Source: Phycisphaeraceae bacterium | GTDB taxonomy: Bacteria > Planctomycetota > Phycisphaerae > Phycisphaerales > Phycisphaeraceae | Direction: 5' to 3' | Length of the DNA: 64,000 bases | Assembly (NCBI GenBank): GCA_963674705.1 | Contig: OY771506.1 | Span: 1,024,001 to 1,088,000 of the forward strand | In this document: positions 56,691 to 64,000 of the stretch, in pieces | How positions within the stretch are numbered: position 1 is the first letter of the stretch | How the letters are laid out: every line of letters starts with the position of its first letter | Program-made: the position numbers and the translations under genes | The notes under the pieces: model-generated | The model's database searches: none | What the model was told of the DNA's origin: nothing | The model's input: the letters and a program-made list of their open reading frames with translations, nothing else

Positions 56691-59438
56691 ATGTCAATCC
56701 ATATACTGAACCGAGATTCATCAAAGTTATTTTACACCATCTTGTCTGTCGTTTGCTGCTTGATATCCACAAGCTCGGCACAAATATACACAAACATCAT
56801 CAATGTTCCGCCAGATGAATCACCGGAATCGATCGACAGTGATACGCAGTTGAACCTTTCAGGCGGCGGCAGTCTCCCGGTCTACTTCGATGCCGGTTCA
56901 TCTGATGGGACAAGCACCAATGTCGAGGTCAATATCGACGGTGGAACCGTGGGCGCGGTGTTCGATGCGTATGCCGGCAGCACCATCAACATCAGTGGTG
57001 GGGCGATCGATCCTGTTTTTACGGCCCACCAAGGCAGCGCGATCAACTTGTCTGGCGGCGTGCTTGGCGAGCGGTCAACCGCCGAATCGGGTAGTGTGGT
57101 GAACTTTACCGGAGGTAGGATCGGCTATCAGTTCAGAGCCCTAGAAGGGAGTCAACTAAATATCACCGGCGGCGAGTTTCTGCTGAACGGCGTCCCCGTC
57201 CTCGGACTCACTTCGACTGGAGATTCCAAGTCATTGAATATTCCTGAAGGGGGAATACTCACCGGCACACTCACAGACGGTTCAGTCTTGGTTTTTGACA
57301 CATCCATAAGTGCCATCGAAGTCATTGCAGACGGGACGCTGACATTAACCCTTGCGTCATTACCAACGATCACACCTGTAATCGTTGCTCCCACCGATCC
57401 GGTGCCGAATGGTCTGAGATCCGGCCAGACACTAACCCTCAACATCGGAGCTTCGGTTGGCGACCACTTCGCCGCAACCAACGCCGTGCTCAACATCGAC
57501 GGCGGTGATGTCGGGATCGGACTGGAAGTCGTCGACAGCACCGTCAATATGACCAGCGGCTCTGTCGGACGATACTTCAGAGCCCTGGGAAACAGTACAG
57601 TGAATATCACCGGCGGCTCCGTGGCCAGTAACCTCCAGGCTCGCGACAATAGCATCATCAACATCAGCGGAGACACCACCGTCGATACCGCCGGGGCATC
57701 TAGTGGTACAACCATTAACTTGGACAGCGGGACCGTCAATGTCTTAAGTGCATCAGACTCAGGCACTATTAACATGCACGGTGGATTACTTCACATGTTT
57801 ATGAGCCTTGGCGCGAATGCTGATGCCAATCTTTTTGGTGGCGAGTTCTATTTAGACGGCGTGCCGATCACCGGACTTGATTCACCCGGTGATACCGCAC
57901 AAGTCCAGGTCCCGGCCGGTTCGATCTTGTCGGGAACCCTCAGCGATGGCACGGTTATAGTCCTGACTGATGTGAAGCGTAATCCTAATTATGGAGACCG
58001 AATCAGCAATAGTACGATTTCCCTCCACGCCACTGCAATCCCCAGCGTATCGTCGGCGATCAATGTCCCAACTGATCCCGCCCCCGACCAATTACGCAAA
58101 GGCCAGACACTCACACTCTCTGCTGGCGGCACATTGCCCGATTGGTTCATCGCCACAAACGCCGTGATGACCCTCGATGGCGGCACCGTCGGCGACTATA
58201 TGGAGATCGTCAATTCCACACTCGCCCTCAACGGTGCTGATATCGGTGACTATCTTGAGGTCAAGGCCAACAGCACCGTTTATGTCCACGATGGATCGAT
58301 CGGCGATCGGCTCAGTATCGATACAGGCAGCACAATGTATGTCACTGGTGGCTCCATTGGCGACTACATTCGGGTCGGCTTCTCCAGCAGCAGCTACCCC
58401 AATCCCGGTACAACAAGCCCCGGCCATCTGATCATCAGCGGCGGTAACATAGGCCATGGCATCAACGTGTACCCCCAAAGCACGATGACGATGACGGGGG
58501 GATCGGTGGATTACGGCCTTGATGCTCAGGCGGGAAGTACCGTCCTGATCGAAGGCGGAACTCTAAGTGGTGGTATAGATGCACATCCTGGCAGTTCTGT
58601 TACGGTAAGTGGTGGCACCTTAGAAGGATTGATTGATGTCTGGGAAAATAGCGATGTCACCCTTTCTGGGGGTCGAATAAATGGTGTTGATGTGCTGGAA
58701 AATGCGGAACTCAAGATTCAGGGCGGAGAGTTTACGTATATATACGTTAGGCAAAATGCAACGCTTGATCTGAGCGACGGGATTGTGTCCGGCTACCAAA
58801 GCGTGATCACAGAGTCTGGCGGCACAGCTAATATTAGTGGTGGTAAGGTGGTTGGTACTACCCGTGTCGAAAGTGATGCAACGCTTAATCTTTCCGGCGG
58901 CGAACTGGGAGTGATCTCAGCCAATCAGAATTCAACCGTCGCCCTTACCGGACAGGCTTTCATACTGAATGGCGTTGATCTAAGACCACAATTGACCATG
59001 GGCGAGCCATTTATTATTTATGATCGAGATGTCACTTTGGAGGGGCTGCTGGCTGATGGATCAGCTTTCAGCTTTGATCTCGATTCATCACCCGCCTTCC
59101 CATTCTTCTTTTTTGAGTCGTTCCCGCAGAACATGCTGCTTACCGTTACCTTGGTACCGATCCCGGGCGACCTTAACAGCGACGGATTTGTTGGATTGGA
59201 TGACCTGATGGCGGTTCTTCAGCACTGGCTGCAGGATGTGACCCCGGGCGATCTAATGATGGGCGATCCAAGCGGAGATGGATATGTATTCCTGGAGGAT
59301 CTTGACACCGTATTGATCAACTGGAATAAGGGGATTCCACCTACAATCAATGGCAATAATGCGAAATCAGTCCCGGAACCGACCGCGCTGGCCGTAGTTG
59401 GAATCGGACTTGCGGCTTTATTACGTCGGCGAAATTAA
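56691..59438 (+). CDS. Large beta-helix-like PEP-CTERM surface protein with dockerin-like repeats
   Basis: Signal peptide; many (V/I)NISGG-type repeats; GDLNSDGFVGLDDL; VPEPTALAVVGIGLAALLRRRN. Confidence 0.88.
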   Translation: MSIHILNRDSSKLFYTILSVVCCLISTSSAQIYTNIINVPPDESPESIDSDTQLNLSGGGSLPVYFDAGSSDGTSTNVEVNIDGGTVGAVFDAYAGSTINISGGAIDPVFTAHQGSAINLSGGVLGERSTAESGSVVNFTGGRIGYQFRALEGSQLNITGGEFLLNGVPVLGLTSTGDSKSLNIPEGGILTGTLTDGSVLVFDTSISAIEVIADGTLTLTLASLPTITPVIVAPTDPVPNGLRSGQTLTLNIGASVGDHFAATNAVLNIDGGDVGIGLEVVDSTVNMTSGSVGRYFRALGNSTVNITGGSVASNLQARDNSIINISGDTTVDTAGASSGTTINLDSGTVNVLSASDSGTINMHGGLLHMFMSLGANADANLFGGEFYLDGVPITGLDSPGDTAQVQVPAGSILSGTLSDGTVIVLTDVKRNPNYGDRISNSTISLHATAIPSVSSAINVPTDPAPDQLRKGQTLTLSAGGTLPDWFIATNAVMTLDGGTVGDYMEIVNSTLALNGADIGDYLEVKANSTVYVHDGSIGDRLSIDTGSTMYVTGGSIGDYIRVGFSSSSYPNPGTTSPGHLIISGGNIGHGINVYPQSTMTMTGGSVDYGLDAQAGSTVLIEGGTLSGGIDAHPGSSVTVSGGTLEGLIDVWENSDVTLSGGRINGVDVLENAELKIQGGEFTYIYVRQNATLDLSDGIVSGYQSVITESGGTANISGGKVVGTTRVESDATLNLSGGELGVISANQNSTVALTGQAFILNGVDLRPQLTMGEPFIIYDRDVTLEGLLADGSAFSFDLDSSPAFPFFFFESFPQNMLLTVTLVPIPGDLNSDGFVGLDDLMAVLQHWLQDVTPGDLMMGDPSGDGYVFLEDLDTVLINWNKGIPPTINGNNAKSVPEPTALAVVGIGLAALLRRRN

Positions 59439-60466
59439 CGGCTGCCGTACTGCTTTTCGTAGTAGTTGCGGTATTCGCCGCTTTTGACGCGTTGCCACCA
59501 TGTTTTATTTTCGACGTACCACTTGATCGTGCTTTCCAGTGCGCCGGGCCAGGCGCTGCGGGTAGGTTCCCAGCCGAGTTGCTGCTTGATCTTGGTGGCG
59601 TCGATGGCGTAACGGCGGTCGTGGCCCAAGCGGTCTTTCACATATTCGATGCTCGATTCGTCCTTGCCCATTGCGGCGAGGATCGAATGGGTGAGTTCGA
59701 GGTTCGAGCGTTCGTTGTTGCCGCCGATGCAATAGGTCTCGCCGGGAACGCCCTTCTCCATCACCGTCAACACTGCTTCACAGTGATCTTCAACGTGCAG
59801 CCAGTCGCGGACATTCTTGCCGTCGCCGTAGAGCGGGACTTTTTTCCCTTCAATCAGGTTCGTGACGAATAGTGGAATCACCTTTTCGGGGAACTGGTAG
59901 GGTCCAAAGTTGTTCGAGCAGTTGGTCTTGCAGGCGTTGATGCCGAAGGTATGGCAATAGGCGCGAACGATCATGTCGCTGCCTGCTTTGGATGCAGAAT
60001 ACGGGCTACTTGGCGCAAAGGGTGTGGTCTCGCTGAACTTGATTTCCGGCTTATCCAGAGGCAGGTCGCCGAAGACTTCGTCGGTCGAAACATGAACAAA
60101 GCGTTTTTTATTATCCGGATCGGCACGTCGAAGTGCATCAAGCAGGGTTTGCGTGCCCAGGACGTTAGACTCGATGAACGGCCTCGCATCAATGATCGAT
60201 CGGTCGACGTGGCTTTCCGCGGCCATGTGAACAACAGCGTCGCATTCCTTGATCAGTTCGGTCGCCAGGTCCAGGTCGAGGATATTGCCGTGAACGAAGC
60301 GGTAGCGGCCGTCGCCTTCAAAGTCGCTGAGACTCTCGGCGTTGCCGGAGTAGGTCAGGCAATCAAGGTTGATGACAGAATAGTCCGGCCGCTCACGCAG
60401 GACCAAGCGAACAAAGTTGGAGCCGATGAAACCGGCCCCGCCGGTGAGGAGGATACGCGTGCTCAT
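59435..60466 (-). CDS. rmlB: dTDP-glucose 4,6-dehydratase
   Basis: TGGAGFIGSNF, AAESHVDRSI, HVSTDEV, SPYSASK, CSNN.GPYQFPEK, DRLGHDRRYAID. Confidence 0.96.
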   Translation of the reverse strand: MSTRILLTGGAGFIGSNFVRLVLRERPDYSVINLDCLTYSGNAESLSDFEGDGRYRFVHGNILDLDLATELIKECDAVVHMAAESHVDRSIIDARPFIESNVLGTQTLLDALRRADPDNKKRFVHVSTDEVFGDLPLDKPEIKFSETTPFAPSSPYSASKAGSDMIVRAYCHTFGINACKTNCSNNFGPYQFPEKVIPLFVTNLIEGKKVPLYGDGKNVRDWLHVEDHCEAVLTVMEKGVPGETYCIGGNNERSNLELTHSILAAMGKDESSIEYVKDRLGHDRRYAIDATKIKQQLGWEPTRSAWPGALESTIKWYVENKTWWQRVKSGEYRNYYEKQYGSR

Positions 60467-61350
60467 GCGGTGGTCGACTCCATTTGCTCAATGACTTCTT
60501 TGAGATTCACTTTCCAGTCGGGCATCTTGCCGAGGATTTGTTCGGTTTTGCTGATATCCAGCACACTGTAAGCGGGACGTGTTGCCGGGCGCTTGTATTC
60601 ATTACTGTTACACGGATGTATCTGACACTCATGACCCGCTAGCTGTCTGATCTCGCAGGTGAAGCCATGCCAGGTGCATTCTCCACCATCCGTGACGTGG
60701 AAGGCGCCGGTCTGGTCGTTTTCTAGTAACGCCAAACTTGTACGCGCCAGATGCTGAGCGCTGGTGGGTCGACCACGTTGATCATCAACGACGCGCAATT
60801 CATCGCGCTCGCGCGTCAACCTCAACATGGTCAACACAAAGTTGTGTCCCCATGGCGCATAGAGCCAACTCGTTCGGATCAACAAATAGTTGCAACCTGA
60901 ATTCTCAAGCGCAACTTCACCCTCGGCTTTGGTTCGTCCGTAAGCATTAACCGGTTCGCGTGGGCTGTCGACCGGGTACGGTGAACTTGCGTTGCCGTTG
61001 AAGACGTAATCGGTCGAGTAGTGTACGAGTGTTGTGCCGAACTTCTTGCAGTATGCCGCAAGATTCGCCACCGCCTGAGCATTAAGGACAAGGGCGGCAT
61101 CTTCACGTTCTTCTGCACCATCCACATCCGTAAACGCTGCACAGTTGACGACAACCTTGGTCTTCTTACTGATGTTGTCTTTGATCGATGCGGGATCGGT
61201 GATATCCAGTGTGGGCAGGTCCAGGCCGACGTGCTCAATCCCACAACCGGTCAACAGCTCCAACCAGGCGCGTCCGAGCATGCCGAGCGCACCCACAACA
61301 ACGACAGGGCCGATGTGACTGAGTTGCGTCTGATCAGATGATCCACTCAT
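60463..61350 (-). CDS. rmlD: dTDP-4-dehydrorhamnose reductase
   Basis: GALGMLG, NCAAFTDVD.AE, STDYVF, YGRTK, RTSWLY, VDDQRG.PT, RPAYSVL. Confidence 0.95.
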   Translation of the reverse strand: MSGSSDQTQLSHIGPVVVVGALGMLGRAWLELLTGCGIEHVGLDLPTLDITDPASIKDNISKKTKVVVNCAAFTDVDGAEEREDAALVLNAQAVANLAAYCKKFGTTLVHYSTDYVFNGNASSPYPVDSPREPVNAYGRTKAEGEVALENSGCNYLLIRTSWLYAPWGHNFVLTMLRLTRERDELRVVDDQRGRPTSAQHLARTSLALLENDQTGAFHVTDGGECTWHGFTCEIRQLAGHECQIHPCNSNEYKRPATRPAYSVLDISKTEQILGKMPDWKVNLKEVIEQMESTTA

Positions 61351-61841
61351 TTATGCTGCGTCTCCCACGGGAAGCCAACGACTGAATCGTAGTCACGGCG
61401 GTCTTCATCCGGATTGGCCGGATCATACTGGTGTGTCACGTAATACAGCAGGCCGGCCGACTCGGTACCGATCGTCGCCGCGCCGTGCCAAAGCGGCGGC
61501 GGGATCACCATCACGCCGGGGCGTTTCTCGCCAATCACAGCCACCCATGCTTTGTCCGCGTCCTGGTCGTAGACGCCGACCTTGAGGTGCCCGTGCAGAC
61601 AGAGCCAGAAGTCCGTCTGCTTGGCGTGGCGGTGCCAGGCTTTGATGACATTGGGATACATCACGGAATAATTGATCTGCCCGGTCGGCGAAAGCACATC
61701 TTTGTACTGATTCATCAGCGACCAGCCACGATCGTCCGTGAAGATCGGCGAAGGCGAGAAGATCGGTTCGTTCTTGTCCTTGGCAAGTTCGAATGCTTCG
61801 CTGATTGGGCCGTTATGCGTTGTGGGGGAAAGTAGTTTCAC
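61347..61841 (-). CDS. rmlC: dTDP-4-dehydrorhamnose 3,5-epimerase family (cupin)
   Basis: DDRG, IKAWHRH, IPPPLWHG; position in the rml cluster. Confidence 0.85.
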   Translation of the reverse strand: MKLLSPTTHNGPISEAFELAKDKNEPIFSPSPIFTDDRGWSLMNQYKDVLSPTGQINYSVMYPNVIKAWHRHAKQTDFWLCLHGHLKVGVYDQDADKAWVAVIGEKRPGVMVIPPPLWHGAATIGTESAGLLYYVTHQYDPANPDEDRRDYDSVVGFPWETQHK

Positions 61842-61889
61842 GATGATTGGGTCTGGGGTCTAGGGATTCGGGTCTGGTCAGAATGAGCG

Positions 61890-62624
61890 TCAGGGTTTCT
61901 TGTTTGCGCCACCGGTCCTTACCAGATCGCTGGCGCGGAAGAGGCTTTCGAATGTGCCGGCATCGGTCCACCAGCCTTCGAGTACTTCGCTGGTCAGGTC
62001 GCCGCGTTCACGGTAAGCGTTATTCACATCGGTGATTTCCAGTTCGCCCCGGTCCGACGGTTTGAGTGTCTGGCAAATGTTAAACACATCAAAGTCATAG
62101 AAGTAGATGCCCGTCACAGCGAGGTCGCTCTTGGGCGCTTTCGGCTTCTCAACGATGCGTAATACATTGCCGTCACTATCCAGTTCCGCCACACCGAACC
62201 GCTCGGGATCGTGAACCTGCTTAAGCAGCAGCTTTGCGCCGGTGGGTTGCGCTTCAAAGTCGTTGACAGCTTTGGCGATGGAGCCTTCAATGATGTTGTC
62301 GCCGAGAATGACGCAGACCTTCCCGCCGTCGGCAAACTCTTCGGCGAGTTTCAGCGCGTCAGCGATACCGCCCTCCCCTTCCTGATAGGCGTAGCCCAGA
62401 TAAGACAATCCGAGCTGATGGCCGTTCTTGAGCAGCTTCAGGAAGTCGCCCGCGTGCTCACCACCGGTGACCACCAGCACTTCGGTAATGCCGGCATTGA
62501 CCATGCATTCGATGGGGTAATAGATCATCGGCCGATCGTAGACAGGCAGCAGGTGCTTGTTCGTGACCAGCGTCAGTGGCCGCAACCGGGAACCGAGCCC
62601 GCCAGCGAGGATGATGCCCTTCAT
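61890..62624 (-). CDS. rmlA: Glucose-1-phosphate thymidylyltransferase (short form)
   Basis: GIILAGGLGSRL.PLT, NKHLLPVYDRPMIYYP, LGDNI, EKP, RGELEITD, WTDAGT. Confidence 0.93.
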   Translation of the reverse strand: MKGIILAGGLGSRLRPLTLVTNKHLLPVYDRPMIYYPIECMVNAGITEVLVVTGGEHAGDFLKLLKNGHQLGLSYLGYAYQEGEGGIADALKLAEEFADGGKVCVILGDNIIEGSIAKAVNDFEAQPTGAKLLLKQVHDPERFGVAELDSDGNVLRIVEKPKAPKSDLAVTGIYFYDFDVFNICQTLKPSDRGELEITDVNNAYRERGDLTSEVLEGWWTDAGTFESLFRASDLVRTGGANKKP

Positions 62625-62855
62625 GGATTGTATCCTTGCCCTTTTGATCCCATACGGGTTATCCGGACCCTACATCAGGCCGCAACGTGTTTAGTGCATC
62701 GGCCAATCAGGATCACCAGTCCATCATAATCCATTGCCCGATCCCGTGTGTTGGCATATGATTAACTGTCTATAAACGAACAGATTGTCGTGTGAATGGG
62801 ATTCCAGTCGGCCATCTGGGGATGTCTGGGCCGACCGGAACGATCAGGGTTAGAT

Positions 62856-64000
62856 ATGCAATTACCAAAACCGTCATGGGAGCCACTGAGTTCGATCGCA
62901 TTCGTGGGCAGTTATCGGCCCCGAAGATGTGGTATCGCGACTTTCAGCGGCGACCTGGCGGACGGGATCGCTAAAGCCGCCCCCCATACGGACGTACGGT
63001 CCGTCGCGATGAATGATCGACCAGAGGGATACCGCTACCCGCCACGCGTCTGGTTTGAGGTTAATCAGAATCGCCCGGGTGAGTATCGCCTGGCGGCAGA
63101 CTTCCTGAACATGTCCAAGGTTGATGTCTGCTGCCTCCAGCATGAGTTTGGCCTCTTCGGTGGACCCAGCGGGCAATTCATCCTGGATATGCTCCGCCGG
63201 CTGCGAATGCCGATCGTTGCGACGCTGCACACCGTCCTTAAAGAGCCGAACAAGGACCAGCTCGCGGTCACACGTAAACTCGGCGACCTATGCGACCGCT
63301 TCGTCGTCATGGCAGAACGGGCCTATGACTTCCTGACCAACATCTACGACATCCCCACCAACAAGATCCAGCTGATCCCCCACGGCATCCCGGATGTGCC
63401 GTTTGTCGATCCGAACTACTTCAAAGATCAGTTTGGAGTCGAAGGTAAGAAGGTCATCCTCACATTCGGCCTGTTGGGTCCGAACAAGGGCATCGAGAAC
63501 ATGATCGAGGCGATGCCCCGGATCGTGGACCGCCATCCGGATGCGGTCTACATCGTCCTGGGTGCCACCCACCCGGGCGTGATCGCACACTCCGGTGAAG
63601 ACTACCGCATCGGCCTGAAACGCCGTGTGACCGAATTGGGTATCACCGACCATGTAGAATTCGTCAATAAGTTTGTTGAGTTGGACGAACTGGTCGAATT
63701 CCTGGGTGCCGCGGATGTATATGTCACGCCATACTTAAACGAGGCACAGATTACCTCGGGCACGCTGGCTTACGCGCTGGGAACAGGCAAGGCGACCATC
63801 TCAACGCCTTACTGGCACGCACAGGAGTTGCTCGCTGAAGGCCGAGGCAAACTCGTGCCGTTCGGTGATGTAAAGAGTCTTGCGGCGGCGGTGAATTACA
63901 TGTTCGATCACGAGACCGAACGCCACGCCATGCGCAAGCGCGCTTATCAATACACCCGACCCATGTGCTGGCAGAATGTAGCCGGTCAGTACCTGGACCT
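62856..64000 (+). CDS. Glycosyltransferase family 4 protein, truncated by the window end (absent from the ORF track)
   Basis: Manual translation MQLPKPSWEPLSSIAFVGSYRPRRCGIATF..., LQHEFGLFGG, TFGLLGPNKGIE, TPYLNEAQITSGTL. Confidence 0.88.
   Translation, partial: MQLPKPSWEPLSSIAFVGSYRPRRCGIATFSGDLADGIAKAAPHTDVRSVAMNDRPEGYRYPPRVWFEVNQNRPGEYRLAADFLNMSKVDVCCLQHEFGLFGGPSGQFILDMLRRLRMPIVATLHTVLKEPNKDQLAVTRKLGDLCDRFVVMAERAYDFLTNIYDIPTNKIQLIPHGIPDVPFVDPNYFKDQFGVEGKKVILTFGLLGPNKGIENMIEAMPRIVDRHPDAVYIVLGATHPGVIAHSGEDYRIGLKRRVTELGITDHVEFVNKFVELDELVEFLGAADVYVTPYLNEAQITSGTLAYALGTGKATISTPYWHAQELLAEGRGKLVPFGDVKSLAAAVNYMFDHETERHAMRKRAYQYTRPMCWQNVAGQYLD

Noticed and set aside
62751..62767. Sigma54 promoter upstream of the GT4 gene
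   Set aside because: TGGCAT is present but there is no GC at the -12 position

Overview
GC-rich bacterial chromosome segment. A planctomycete (Phycisphaerae-like) origin is inferred from the DUF1559/DUF4190 genes, the PEP-CTERM proteins with GDLNxDGFVG modules and the BlaI/M56 pair. Housekeeping genes: trmD, rplS, lysS, lolC/E-lolD, queD, an HscA-type Hsp70, pgeF, lexA, lpxI, mtnA, a ribB fusion, trxA and rmlACDB, plus a partial GT4 glycosyltransferase at the right edge. Main accessory features: (1) A 5.4 kb block between trmD and rplS holds an HUH/Y1 RAYT-like transposase flanked by inverted REP doublets with a GCGAGC foot, and a BlaI/BlaR1 pair whose sensor region is repeated secretin-N-like domains. 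(2) The best candidate for an undescribed system is a 10.5 kb sigma54-linked locus. It has a GAF-AAA+ activator divergent from a CsgG-family protein, a secreted two-repeat protein, a TonB-plug protein lacking a barrel (with a consensus sigma54 promoter), an SH3 protein, an M48 protease and a CHASE2 adenylate cyclase. (3) A candidate stand-alone ~110 nt sRNA. (4) Several families of 7-10 bp tandem/inverted repeat elements, some translated in-frame inside Hsp70, MtnA and LysS. (5) A domain-shuffled DUF4190/DUF1559 triplet and a DUF2752 pseudogene. No rRNA, tRNA or CRISPR array was seen. All calls come from motif recognition by eye; no searches were run.
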